DNA of 64,000 nucleotides, from positions 33,294,001 through 33,358,000 of the forward strand of contig OZ296649.1 of assembly GCA_965655095.1 (NCBI GenBank), written 5' to 3'. The position numbers and the translations under genes were made by a program. Source of the DNA: Haplodiscus bocki (Eukaryota). The notes beneath the pieces are model-generated. The model was not told the origin of the DNA and ran no database searches. It worked only from the letters and a program-made list of their open reading frames with translations. Of this stretch, positions 13,996 through 27,353 are shown piece after piece (position 1 is the first letter of the stretch; each line of letters begins with the position of its first letter).

Positions 13996-14149
13996 AGTGT
14001 CCGGATTTACGACAACCCAAAAAATAAACATACTCGATCCCCCACTCAACAAAATTATTCTCCTATTTTCAATCAGGGAACAATGTTGTTGAGTAGGTCT
14101 TCGACTATGTTTTTTTTATTTTTGGGAGGTTGTCGTAAATCCGGACACT
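13996..14149. mobile_element. MITE-like fold-back element (~154 bp)
   Basis: Perfect 22-bp terminal inverted repeats agtgtccggatttacgacaacc / ggttgtcgtaaatccggacact, with imperfect internal pairing (ctcaacaa / tgttgag). Confidence 0.75.
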
Positions 14150-14185
14150 CTTCCGTTAAAAAATTTAACATATTTGTAAGCATAC

Positions 14186-14850
14186 CTGTGATTGCGGTTG
14201 TCTTTGGTACTTGTTAAAAAATGTTTACGTAAAGTTCATTGTATTTGGTAATGAATATCTAAGAAGGCATGTTACAATTATTTTAATAGATTGGAATAAT
14301 ACAAACCTGCTTCTTTTGATTTTAAGAGACATCAATCACTGCTTGCATTGAGCGTCATTGTTGAGAAGTACACCTCTCCGCATCTGGATCTCTGCATAAA
14401 AATACATCAACTTGCACTCAGTTTTCAAAAAAGCTCATCGAACACTTACTCGATTGACGTCAAACAAAAACCACTACAAAGTGTGTTGAATTTGGGTTTT
14501 AAGAACATATTTATCATGGAAATGTTGTCCATGAAAAATCTGTGAAAATTGGGGAAAGTATAGAATTTTTTCTAAAGTTTCTTTATACTTAGTGTGTTAC
14601 ATATCATTGGAAAGCTTTTTAGTTGCAGATAATGAAAATGTTGTTTGTTTGGAGATTGGCATTGATTGGGAAAAATTTTTCAATATGATATGGAAGCATA
14701 TGTCCAAATTCGTTAGGTGGTTCGTGTTTACGTTCTTTAATGTTTGATTTAATTTCTTTTGTAAGATTTTCTCCAGATGGGATGTACACACCGCATTCAA
14801 ATGTTGTCTTCCAACTAGCTTCAAAAGTCCCCGTTATTGGTTTTTGATAT
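14186..14850 (-). pseudogene. Decayed RasGAP-domain (IQGAP/GAP1-like) gene fragment with short introns
   Basis: Minus-strand exons ~14601-14850, 14450-14539, 14307-14391 and 14186-14258 joined by ~50-60 nt GT-AG introns in consistent phase. Translation (D)FLKLVGRQHL...NLDICFHII...KKLSNDIFFMDNISMINMFL...EDPDAE...KKQIFITKYNELY resembles RasGAP helices and the IQGAP-type post-GAP segment. It has stops and frameshifts, and the FLR core is missing. Confidence 0.5.
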
Positions 14851-16160
14851 CAAAATCTTTTTCTGTTTCCATCATATTATCTGCATCATGAAAACACTTA
14901 AGGGCCTTTAGACTAGCGAAACCGAGCCTATTCGCAAAAGGACACGTCAAAATGATTTAATTTTTTGCCCTCCGTGGCATCATTCTGCGATTCTTCTCTT
15001 TAACTCTACTTTTCTCGGCACCTTTTGGTCGGATTCATCTGATTTTTGTATAAACACTACGACGGGTTCAGGATCTATTATATTCCAAATTTTCGACCAC
15101 CCATTTCTTTTCGGTGAGTTATTAGCGATAAAAAATTTCAATATTCGGATTATTTACAGGACAAAGTGTATATTTTCGATTCCTGTCTTTACAGTAAGCT
15201 TGGAAAGGCTAATCTTTTTGCACTAATGGATAGAACACCTTTCAGTTGAGCGGCGTGTTGTGATGGTTTCTGCCACAATTTTTTTCCGTATTTTTCGTCA
15301 AAAGAAGAGCTGAAATTTTTGAACTTTTCCGGAAGAAATGTGACATTGCCCATTGCCCACACACACTCTCTCAACTTTTACTCTCTTCTTCTACAAAGGC
15401 GTTTAGAGGAACCCTTTGCTTAGTTGTTAGCTGCCTTGGCAACGTTGTAATTGACCGGAACTGAAACTTTCGGCAGCTGAAAATTTCCCGCCACCTAGTT
15501 TTTTGAGGAAAATAATTGAAAACCCAGATTTTTCTTAGGGCAATCGTTACTTTTTTACAATTCTGTGCCCAAATACCCCATTCATGGCATCCTGATAATG
15601 GTTAGGCAATGGAATATCAAGTGTTAGTTGCTTTAAGTCTTTATTTGATTATTTTTTGATTCTTCAGAGTTGTTTGACTGAAATTTTTTGAACAAAAATT
15701 GTTTTTTCAAAAAAACTTTGCATTATCTAAAGTTTAGCGAGTTTAGCATGCCTCAAAATGATGCATTTCACTTCAAGTGAGAAATAGTTTGAGTAATGTG
15801 TCTAGCAATGAGTTTTGATGCAAGTTTTGACTGTGAGCGATTCTTTTTCACGTATTTATCAACAAAAATTTAAAAAAAAATAGGTTTCCTCAACCTTTGT
15901 CAACTCTTCCAACAACTTTTCATCCGGTCACTCAAAAAAAATTATCTGGGCTTTGTGATGACCGATGGATTGCTTGGAATAGCATTTCAGAGTTGTTTCA
16001 CATTACGAGTGATCGTAAATAGGTGGTCCGGCCAAGATTTTTTTGGTTATAGAACAATTTTTTCAAATGTTTTTGAACCTTGCGAAAATTCACGACTCTC
16101 ATCACCTAGAAAAGTGCCTCAAGTGTGTGCCTGCTATTCTCTGTCAGCCTCTGGTGCCCC

Positions 16161-16530
16161 TGTGACAACGGTGTTGCGCCAAAAATCTTTTAATTGAGTT
16201 TGCTGACAATAATTCTCGAGAGAACACGGCTCCTTGGGTAAATATTTTTTCCGGATTCGTTGTTGTTTACTTAACACACAGTTGTCAACTTTTGAAACCT
16301 CGCTCTTCTGAGAGAGCTTTTGCTAAACAGCGGCTGCCTTCCGCTGACTTTTCACTTGACAAAATTCTCTTTCTCAGCTAAATTTTGTTTGAAGTGAGGA
16401 TAGTTACCTTGAACCTATGCTGTTAACTCACTATTGTTTTCTGCCTATTCTCCCTAGATTTCGCTACATGCTCTCTGGCATTGCATACAAATCTGGTCAG
16501 CGTTGTGGTCAGGAAGTCGAGTACCCTCGC
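16161..16530 (+). mobile_element. Probable short LTR followed by a PBS stub
   Basis: TGT... start at 16161 (uncertain), ...ATACA end at 16489, then aatc + TGGTCAGCG (PBS-like). It abuts the truncated 3' end of the PolB relic. Confidence 0.35.
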
Positions 16531-16559
16531 CAGCTTTGCGCTAAGCACCTTAGCGCCTT

Positions 16560-18950
16560 TGTTTTCTCTTCCAAAACACCATATTCATTTGTTGTTACAC
16601 AATTTTTTTACTTTAGGAGCTAAGAGCAATCCACCAATATCGGAATCGTTTTTGCTTTGTTCAAATTCTCCACCAACCATTCTTTTTCGATCGAAGGTTG
16701 CCCAATATTTCATTGTATATATAAAAAATCAGTATTTTGATAGTAAACATTAATACTATGAAAACCATTAATTTCCTCCGTCAAATCATTCAATATTCCT
16801 TTTCTGATACTTATTACAAACGCCCTCAACTGTGATGGCAATGTATTGCGTTCATTGAGTTCCAAAGAGGTAATAACTTCATCGGGTTGTTTTTTCTTTA
16901 CAAAAATTCCTTCAGCTATTTACCAACATCCTTTTACGTTTTCAGCAAAAAGTTTTACACTCTATTGAATCTTTTCTATCTTTCCCTATTAATTACCAAT
17001 TTTAACTCTTCATAAAATCTCTAACTAATTGTTCCATAGCACTGTTTTTTTTCATTTTGAATTTTTTTTTCTAAATCAAACGATTTCATCATAAAAATTA
17101 CCAAAGGACTCTTGTCAAAGTTACCGCATCGAAAAATTTCTTGCACACCAGAAACTTTTCCACCTACTCTAACATTTTCTTGTGAATCAACTGTTCCTAT
17201 AACTCGAATTAATTAAAAGTTTCCTCATCTTTTCACTTCATCTGTTTATACTGCGGATGGACTAGTGACCATTTCTTCTGTTCATATATGTTGTTTCATT
17301 AGATCAGCCGGTGAATATTGTTTTACTCTCAAGAAACTTTCCCAACTCTCTGAACGTTTCACCTTTGAGTTTTTCTATTAATTCTGCTTTCAATTGTTTT
17401 GTTATAAAATCTGCTGTTTATATCTCCGGCCAAACTGATTTAGGGTCTGTGATTGCTGCTCGATGTAAACTAGTTGCATCGAAAGCCATTCATAAATCTT
17501 CCTAAGCAAAGTACATATCCTATTTTGATTTATTTCTAGTTTACTTTTTTGACCTTAATGTGAATATTTACTTCTTTTTCATCAATTTTTCTGTAGCTAT
17601 TACCTCCACCAGTAGGTTTTTTGATTTCTGTTCATTTTTTAATCATCTTCTTCAATATACTGTAGAGGTCTATGGTTTCCTATATGTAAGCGTTTTTTTA
17701 AAACCCAATTCGTTTTTTATAACAGTGAAAATTTCATCAACAGTTTAAGATTTGAATTCTCAAATATATTCTCAAACTACTCCCCGTTTTATATTTTCTC
17801 TGAAAAATTCTCGCATATACTTATCTTCAAATTGTTAAGTTGTGGCTTCTGAACTTTTATTGAAACCTTAGAGAAAAGCTTCCAACCTAAGGAAGGTAAA
17901 TTCAAACATTTTTTCTTTCCAAATCTGGTAACAGATTCCATTAGTTTCGAATAATTTGCATATGAAGAAACTTTTGATAACGCATTTTAATTCAGATATG
18001 GTTCTCTGTCTGGCTTAAGTTCGGAATGGTTTTCTGCTTCACTTTTACTCAGATCATTTTTTTGCCAAAAAACAAGAAAGAACTGTAATATTTTGCTGAA
18101 TTTCATAAGATTGTTTTTTAGATGATTTTTACTAGAAACAAAGTTTATGAGATGGGGAACACTTCAACTGTTCCATTTTTTAATACAGAAAGTAAAATTC
18201 TTTTCCTGCTTTAATCATGCTATGTTTAAACATATATTTGGGAACAAAAATATCAATAATCCAAATATCAAATCCAGAAGCGTTATGAGTATTCCCTTTT
18301 CAACTATAATGAGTTATGACCCATTATCCTTTCTTATATTGTTTCACTTCTCCCGTCATATTTTTATAATTATACTTAAACATTTGTTCATCAAAATCAC
18401 CACACTTAATAGATAAAGAAACTTGAACAAAATTTTCGAGGTTGATAATTTTTTCTTCAGATCTCCCTTCATCCCCTACAGTGCTAATTTTAATAACAAA
18501 AACATTCCCGCCGCATAGGGAATAGCACTATCTTCTCTGTTATATGTTTTTAAATCAAAAACAATAGTATTATTTAGTTGACCTTTTACTTTCGTTGATT
18601 CCTACTGATGCGTCTCAACTTGTTGAGCAATTTCACAATTGAGAGTAACATCATCAAGTTTATATTTTATCCATTTTTCCCAACACTTCTTTGAGATTTT
18701 ACCCTTGGTTAGACCATATAACTCAGAATTGTCTTTTATGATTGTAAACAGCTCCAAGTTTGTCTTCAACATTCAAATGCGTTTTTTTCTTTCCGTTCAA
18801 ATCTTCCCCATTGGTTTTGAAGTTTCATTGACTTGAGAAAAAAATGAACTTTGCCTTTGTGTTAACAACGCGTCGTCTTTTATGACCCCGGATGAAACCT
18901 AATTAATTTTTTATTTCAACACACAACTCATCCAATGAAGCTATATCAAA
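16560..18950 (-). pseudogene. Protein-primed family B DNA polymerase (pPolB) relic
   Basis: Motifs in order on the minus strand: ExoI IVFDLKTYN..AIPY (~18560), ExoII THNASGFDIW (~18280), motif A AFDATSLHRAA (~17480, from DxxSLYPS), motif B region MEQLVRDFMKS (~17020), LPSQLRAFV and motif C VYYQNTDFLY (~16730, from YxDTDS), LAPKVKNC (~16610). Many stops and frameshifts. Confidence 0.85.
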
Positions 18951-21799
18951 TTAAAAGTTAAGAAAACAACTTCCATCTGTGGGAATTTGCCAGTTTTTTC
19001 ATTTACTTTCTCGTGATTTGCTCTTCAATTCAGAACATTTATCATTTTCACTTCTATTCTCAAGTTCGAAAACTTTTCCGCCATGTTCAAAAATGTCTTC
19101 ATCAAATTCAACTTCTTTTGCATCGTTCTTCACCTCTGTTCTATCCAATAAAAATTTTAGAAATTTGGACTAGCAAAATAGTTGAATGTGTCATTTTTTC
19201 TCCATTTTTTCCAGATTTTCGATAACCAGATAAACTGAATCTTTTTGCCGGCTTTTTTCATTTTTCAGTTATTTTAGGTTCATGTGTAGACTTTTTTTGG
19301 CTGTTAATAGATTTTGTAATGCAATAGTTTCGTGTTCTTTTAGTTTTCCCATTTGCTTACCTAGATATTTCATAGTTTTTGGTTCTTCGTCTTGCTTTTT
19401 GAGAAGAAATTTTCGTGTGTTTGAAATTTATTCAATAATTCGCTCCATCTATTTAGTACAAAAGCTATTGTAATAAATCAAGAGATCTCACTTTCCTTGA
19501 GCTGCTCATGCGCTCACCCGAAGTGCGTATCCACATCCTAGACAAAATGATAGAAAGTGTCTCACCCTCTTTAAAAGATAAATCACAAAATCATTAAATG
19601 CAATAGACTTTTCTTTTCACTCTGGTTTTGTCGCCATGAAGCGTACCAGTCTCAAAGGTTCATACATTATCATTAACAAACAGTTTCTTGCTTTCAATGC
19701 TTTTTTTACCATCACCGCTTATATGAAGAGTCTCTAAAGAACAATTTTCATACGTTTCAGTGAATTTTCTTTTATTTTTTAACTTTCTCTATCGTTTCTT
19801 TAAAAGTCAAATCATTATCGTTAAGATTCTATAGGGAGTAGTCTTTTTCGGTAATTTTTCCTTTTGAATAAGTTAATCTATCAGTAAAATCTTTTAAATG
19901 TCTTTGAGTTTAGCGGAAAGTTTTTATTTTGGCATATTCACTTGATAAAACCACTCTGAGCAGAGGTATCCAGAATCAAATTACTTTAGATCAGATTGTT
20001 TACAGTCAGTGCATCTTTTTGTTTCTTTTTTCATTATTAGGGTTTTCTGTTGTTTGGAAACATTCGGGGCTTCCTAAAATTCTTCCTTTTTCCTCTAACA
20101 ACGTCCGTTGAAAACATATAGGGCCATTATCCACTTTAATTTCTTTTAATTCGGGTTTATTTTTTGAGATCATTCCGTGAGCTAGGTTTCCTTTAGGAGG
20201 GCACGTATTAACTCTAAAACTTCCATTTTCACATTTAATAACTTTCTGATAGTTCTTGAGGGTTTTCTTTGTGATTACTTGATATTGCGTTCGATAATAT
20301 TTTGGCTCTTCACGAACTCTTATTATCCTACCATCGTGGAAAGAATACCGTTTATCTTTTACTTCAGCCTAGCACTGTCTGTTTTTGTTTTGGAATCTAG
20401 TGAGTACACCATTTACTTAGCCTTAATCGTTTTTTTTGTTGTTTTTCTCCGATAGCTAGATAACCATCAGTGTCTCCGACAGTCATTTCCTTCATTTTTA
20501 ATTTTCTATCAAAATTTATTGCGTCTTATCTTGTTTTCAAACACTTTGGCCCTTTCTCATTTCATCGTAAAATTTTATTACTTTTCTCAACTTTTTCATC
20601 AATATATCCCTGAGTTGTGAATTTTTCATAAGTAACTTTTGTGTAAAATTATCCAACTCCATCAGAGTCTAGATTATATCCTGTTTTATGACTACCCATT
20701 TTTTTAATTCGTTCATACAAAAAGCCTACTATCATCCTGAATGAGTCAAAAATTTAAAGGTGATTTTATCAACAGAGGATCATCATATCGCTCTCCATAT
20801 CCCAACGAACGTTTTGATGGTGAAGTATCAATATTGATTTCGCCTATTGCGTACATATCATAAAACCAATGTGTTGTAGGGCTTTATCTAAATTTGAATC
20901 AGCTGTTCTAACAAGATGAACTGTTTTTAACTTTTCCGATCTGGGTTCCCGTTTATCTTTTAAATTTTCTTGAACAATAACCTCATTCTTTTTAATCCTC
21001 AACTGGTGTCTTCTTGATTGAACTATGTTTTGTATTGTTTTTCTTACCACACTTGCTAGCATAACAATCCAGTTCGCATCAACTTTGTCAAACAATACTT
21101 TTTAAAAATCTCTGATAGTGTAACTAAATCTTTGAGCAAAGACAGTTCCTTTTGAGATAAACTTGTTAACTAGTTTTTCACTGGTCATTAAGAGAGGCTA
21201 AAGCCTCTCACGAATCGCATAGCGATTCACGAAATAAAAATTCCTAGTGTCTTTCTTCGTGTTTCAATAACTGCCAACAGTGTGTTTACATCCACTGGTT
21301 CAGCTATTTTTTCCAAATGAAGGTTGAATATTTATATTATGAGTAGCTTCCGTATACTGTTCTCTATCTCTCAAATAGAAAATTTTCAAAGGTTTGATTT
21401 GACCTAAATGAATATTTCTCCAAATCTTACACTCTTTGAAAAATCACTATAGGTTTTATATTCACTAGGGGAAAATCTTAATAAATCAAGAGTTTGTAAC
21501 TCTCGGTCTTTCGGCTTTCGTTTTCGTTCTTTTTCACTCAAACGTGATCCCAAAATACAAGCACATTTGAAACTTTCATCTTTTTTCTTCCTTCATCGTA
21601 GAATCTGTTATTTGCTTTTGATATGCTTCCATTCATCATAACGTAATCCGAAAGATAGTTCTTGCAAAAACATTGCAGACCATCTTTTGCGGCTTTTTTT
21701 ATAATAAATTTTTCCTCACTGGAAAAATTGAAACTTTCTTGAGTTTTTCTGCAATTCGTTTCGAAGAATAATTAATTAAGCGAAATTATAAAATTCTTC

Positions 21800-22060
21800 T
21801 TCGAGTACCTTTTCCAGATTAGTCATCTGTGAGACTGAAATTTTTTGCGCCTTTTAAGTCTTTCCCTGTTGCAAACAACTTACCCAACTGTGCTCCCGAA
21901 TATGAAACAATTTACCGCAACATGCTGTACCCGTCTACAGCTAGTTTTAAAGCTCCTCCTGGATTATCAGTAAAATTCTTCTTAACATTTGCGCCTAATG
22001 GCTTCAACTTTTCGTTCGAAACTCAATGAAATTTTTTAAACCCCCTCACTATCCATTTCA
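21800..22060 (-). pseudogene. Polinton-type small basic (core/pVII-like) ORF relic
   Basis: Minus strand reads ...GFKKF...LKPLGANVKKNFTDNPGGALKLAV...GKLFATGKDLKG; interrupted. Confidence 0.35.
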
Positions 22061-22309
22061 AACTGTTGTAGAGTGAATGGCAAACTGTTTACCTTCCCAC
22101 ATTAAGAGGAAGAACGTTCGACATATAATTCACCGTTATTAGCCATATGGGCATAGGATCTTAGAATTCTCATCGTTGTACACTGGGGACATTTTGAGGA
22201 GCGTAATAAAAGTGTTCGTCTTTTCAATTAGGGGGTGAAAGAAGCCTTCAGGTATCGTGCTTTCCATTGGAATCCGTAAAAGTTATATAACCGTAGTTGT
22301 TTTCATATG

Positions 22310-22460
22310 GATAGAGGATATATTTTGACCTTGAATCGAGCAGTGTTCTTTTGTTATAATTACAATCCTTTGTCCTTGAGAATTAACTTTGTTTTATTCT
22401 ATAGTGTTAATAGTATTTGAATAGTGACGGCCGCCAACGCAATATGTTTCACTACCTTTC
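22310..22460 (-). pseudogene. Small Cys-containing Polinton-associated ORF relic (YCxxxxxxT type)
   Basis: Minus strand ETYCVGGRHYSNTINTIE*NKVN...KEHCSI; resembles small Polinton/giant-virus proteins beginning YCxxC/G. Confidence 0.45.
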
Positions 22461-22679
22461 TAATTCGCTAGTTATAGAAGTGTGATCAGGTAGCGGAGAA
22501 GGTTTTGTGAAATCAGAAATTTTCGTTTGAGTCAATACCAATACTGAAATTGAATTTTTAATGTTTCATTTCCGGTTTTGTGTTTATGATGAAAAGTTTT
22601 AATTTTTTTGAGTGATTCAAAGGACTCATCCTCCTTCTGAATTATAGATCTTATATCATTGAAACTATCTTTGAAAGTT

Positions 22680-23150
22680 TCTTCGTCTTTGAATCATATG
22701 TGTGTCTTAATTCTATCTTCATGTTCTAGATAAGGTTGGTATACATCTTTTTACTCTTTTGCTTTCACAGTTTACTATAATGTAATGAAGCGACGTTACC
22801 ATAGGAACTGACATTGCTGTAACTTTTTCCAATTCACATCGCACATACTTTTGATGTGAATCCAAGAAATGCACTAGCCGCAGTTATCGGTAATCCAACT
22901 GTAGCTGCTATTACAGTAGCAGTTAAAGCCGCTCCTGCAACATTACCACATCTTGATAATACCGCAACAAGTGCAAAGATTTTTTGTGTTCTAGTCTTTT
23001 CTGCTTTTTTTACGTTTATATTTAGATATTTGATTCCGTATTCCTCTCAGAATAAAATTGATTAAACTGCTTTTCGTAAGCACAAATTTATTCTATTGTT
23101 TATTTGACCTATTTCCATATCTCTAGTTTTAATTTCTGATAACTCTGGAC
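22680..23150 (-). pseudogene. Polinton/adintovirus-type protein relic with a Gly/Ala-rich hydrophobic hairpin
   Basis: Minus strand KKAEKTRTQKIFALVAVLSRCGNVAGAALTATVIAATVGLPITAASAFLGFTSK, flanked by charged helical segments. Confidence 0.5.
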
Positions 23151-26048
23151 TCTGGGTCGTTTTGCAACTCTTTATTAAGTGTTGAATAGCTGGTTATATA
23201 GAGGGCGTGAAACCCAATACCAGGATTTTGTAGGAATCTCTAGAATTTGTGTGACAATTCCCCAGGTAATGTTTTTTTATCATTTTGTTGTTCCTCAAAG
23301 AAATTCTTAATTCGTTTCACTAGCTCGATAGTACGGGAACTTTATAGGGATTCTATATATTTTCGGGGGGCGGTGGGGATTTTTTTGTTAAGGTTTTGAT
23401 TCGACAGTACCGCCAGTAATAGGACGTTTTAAAAAAACCTTTTCATTTGCATTTTGTCTGTTAAGGTAAGTTTATAAATGGTTACTCAGAGGAAGTCATT
23501 TAGAGGGCGTAAAACGTCATTAAGATTCCTATGGTATCCCGTAAAAGCTACCAAGGATCGCTATGTGATGCTAAGAAAGTAGTTTTGTAGACTTAATTCC
23601 CGCAGGAAATTTATTTTAGCTATATTAACGAGAATGTCAAGATCATCTTTGGGAAAACCCATTTCAAATACTATGTTTCGTTCCGTTAACGCTAATACTA
23701 AAAGTAAAATTCTTTGATGCCAGAATTCTTCTAATTTTAGCTCTTATTATTGATTTGGGGATTGGTTAAGCATTTAGAGCTACTAAAAACCACTGCAAGG
23801 AACGCGTAGATATCGTCATCGAAAGAGGAAATCTTTTGTAATGTCAGAAAAAACCTTATCACTATATGCTTCACCAATTTAATTTCAAAAAAAAACTTTT
23901 TCCATTATTTGCGAGAGCTTCGCGTTCTAATCAAGATTCTAAAAATATTTTTTTGAAGTTAAATTACCCTTTTCTACCATGATAACACGATCAAACCAAT
24001 TTCCTCCATGAGAAGACAAAAATTGTTGTCAGAATCTACACAGTTGTGCCAACATCCGGTAGTGACAAAAAACACTTGGGAGAGAAATTTAACGTATACT
24101 CAGCAAAGCGAAATTATCGTCAACATTTTTTTCTAGTAGCGTGTTGGTCCTCGGTTGGGTCTTTGTTGAGAGAAATATTTCCCACACTTGTGATGGAGTA
24201 ATCTTTGAGGTAAATGTCTTGAGTTTTTATCATCGTGAATTCATAATGAATATATATGGTTTTTGTTAGAGAGGTATCGTCAACCTAATTCTTACAGGCA
24301 TTTTCACTTTTCAAAGCAGGAATAAAAAGGTAAAGATTCAAGATTGCAAATGAAGAAACCATTCGTTCATTTTCTTGAATATTTTTCACAATATGGTGAT
24401 CTTACTTCACTAGAGAGTCTGTCGGAGTATAAAAATCTAATCAAGCCTCTCTACGGTAGCGTTCATTTTCTTCATGAAAAGAGTCAACTTAAGCTTTTGT
24501 AGAAAGTTTGATATCCTGAGAAGTGCTGTGATTTGTGGTAATGCCGTCGACGTTTGTTACCTTCCATCCATTTAAGGGTTTGTTTTGATTATTTCAAACA
24601 AAATTTCATTTTTAGAAGGTATTTTTATCACCGTTTCAGGATTTCGTAGATCTGAATTTCGCGTAATGCATTGTGGATCCAAGTTTTTGTCTGGGTCCAA
24701 TCTTATTATTGTTTCCTCATCGAAGTCTTTGTATGTTTTTGAGTCTGTCCAACGGGCATCTTTTTCCAGAGGAAGGAAAGAGAAGAACCCAGACTCGTCT
24801 AAAGATTAGATGAGACTCTATCAGACAATAAACTATTTCATTTCCACGTGTATTTTTTTGTTGCATTCGTAAACTAACGCCTTTAAATGTAGTGGATACG
24901 TAGCGTATACGTATCACTCCCCTGTAAAGCTTCAACTAATTGCTAAGTTTTGTATACGTGGAACTCCCGTGTACTGATCCAAAATGGGACGGAACCGTTA
25001 CGGAACGAACACGTATCTGCCTAGTAGCTACTCTAAGAGCGAATATGTGTTCCGTACGCAGTCCTTAGGTACTAATCTGGTGACGTCACACTAAAAATCA
25101 TTCCAATATAGAGTAACATCATGTTGTGCTACGACGTCAAATTACGGAACAGTTCCGTGGCCACTCTTTTCCTTCTTCTCAGTAGCATTGCGACGAGCAG
25201 TGCTACGGGCGGCTAGGTAGTCATTCCGGAACGGCCTAGTAGAAATGAGGAACCAACTAATAGAAATGAGGTACAGACTGAGAACTCTCGCAGTTCCTAC
25301 CTAGTTCCACCTCAAAACCTGTTGAATGAAGTATTATACATTCTTCGCGTAATTAAAAAGATAATACGGACCTAACTAGTGCATTTATTTTTTTAACTTC
25401 AACTCTATTGATCTTATTATTTTTTTGAAATTTTCCAATTCTGGAAAACTTTTGATCTCTTGTTTTATTAATATTTATTTAATGTCGGCTCGGGAAATAA
25501 CGCTTCGATGTCCATTTCCGACGGATCAAGCCCCGTGCATTTGTTATCGAAAAACTGAGATGACGTGGCCTGTGAGGAAAAAAGGTAGGTAGAAATGTTT
25601 ATTTCCCGCCAGTGTTGGCACCCTCTCGCTGTTGACAATATAACTGAAGTAATTTTTCAAACTTTGTACTTTGATGTGGCGTGTAAAAAATTCTGCTTCC
25701 CTCTAAAGAAAAGGTATATATCGGAAAAATGAAAGTACAAAGACACAACTGTTGTTTATTGTTTTTGAGAGTAATAACGATAATGCTCAGTATGATTTCG
25801 TTTTCCGACAAAAATTCCTGGTACTGTAAAAAACAATTTATTTTTCTTCTTAAAATACAATTGAGTAATAATTGCTGTTCGTGGCTTCACCCGTAGGAAA
25901 TGGCTTTTTTGAGAAATAAGCGAAGACTTGCAGCCCTTAACGACGAGAACTGCGAGGAACACCCCGGGAGGAGCTTGGCACACAACTCAAATGTCCCCAG
26001 CTCGGATGAAGCCTATACTACCCAAGTTTCTGAGGAAATCAATGGTAG

Positions 26049-27353
26049 TGTCGCATTGGAAGTAACGCTCTAAGGACTAATTAAAACAAACATAATAAGT
26101 GCTGACCTTTTTTGGAGGGCTGAATAAAAAGGAAGAGTAAAAGAAGCTGATGGAATAAAAAAAACCGTTGGGATTGCACAATTCATTTTTATTTAAAAAA
26201 ACCTAAGCTGTAGCTTCTTTCCATTGGCTCGTGCTGCTAATATGCTTCGTACAAGCCAGTTTTCTTTTGGTTGTACGAAACGGCATCATGCTGTTTTCTT
26301 TGGAGTGGATCGGCGAAACCAACTCGATCAGATTTTTCCTTCCCGCTCAAAGGACGGCACTCCTCACTCCTCTACTGACTTGCTCTCCTCTTCTTTCCTC
26401 CTCCATTTTCCTGGACAAATTATTCTTAATCCAACTACCTTTCTCCCTTTTACTCTGTTGGAGAAAATTTTTCTTAGTCCAATTCCTCTTCCCCCTTCTT
26501 TTCGGACAAAATTATTCTAAGTCAAAATTGCCTCTTCTCTTTGCTCTTTTTTGACTATTAATTCTGAGCCCAACTACAAATTTACAAAAGTCACATTTTT
26601 TTCTGACCTTAGATAAATTCCCATTTTTTGCATACCAATTCCGTACTCTTTCCACTGGAGTCTAAACAGAGTCCACTAACGCCAGCTTGGGTATTGGCGT
26701 GTGCGGATTCCGTGAACTAACTTCGGTGCTGAAGCAAGAATGAATCTCAAGTTGAACAATCCTCACGATGTTCCTCTAGAGTTATTTTTTTGGCATTACA
26801 TAATAGACCAAGTCTCAGCTCGTCTGTTGCCGTGGTAACTTAAAATTCAATTTAGATTCCTAGATACGGATTAAATACGCAGAAGCCGTCCCTTTTTGCA
26901 AACAATCCATTTCTCGTTTTGACTTAAAATTCCTCATTCGGTTCCACTGCAACTCGGATTTTTAAAAAGAGAGTTCCAGAACAACACGCAGATCAACCAG
27001 CTCCATCAACAGTATCCGTTAGTCAAAAAATTTTCTATTCCAGAATGATTATATCTCTCTGGTCGAGCCTAATACTTTGTTTTTGAATACTTTCCGTGAA
27101 ATCCGCTCGACAGTAGTCTCCATTGGGGAAGAGGGCGTTAGGGGACATTCACCAGGTTACCGCTAGAAGCGAGTTTTCACCTGAGTCTTAGATAAAACTT
27201 AAACGATCTCAAACCCCACCAATAAACCCGGAGATTCATTCACGGTTTAGAAAGTCGGGGAAAACTGAGATTTTTCAACCAGTGGTTGGAGAATTGCGAG
27301 TCAATGAGTGTAGAGTAAAGAGACACAGTTGTAGACACCATTTACATACGACA
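26049..27353 (+). mobile_element. Solo-LTR-like element (~1.3 kb)
   Basis: Starts TGTCGCA and ends TACGACA (near-inverted termini). 26049-26620 is homologous to the reverse complement of ~47600-48241. No TSD, PBS or PPT seen. Confidence 0.5.

Larger units (their letters stand above)
16540..24300 (-). mobile_element. Decayed Polinton/Maverick (adintovirus-like) element
   Basis: pPolB relic plus co-oriented small ORF relics typical of these elements (YCVGGRHYSNT small protein, a basic core-like protein, a hydrophobic-hairpin protein). Upper boundary is uncertain. Confidence 0.7.

Noticed and set aside
26049-27353. 3' LTR of the main Gypsy element
   Set aside because: No similarity to 39172-42218 beyond the terminal hexamer, and no PPT in the right position.
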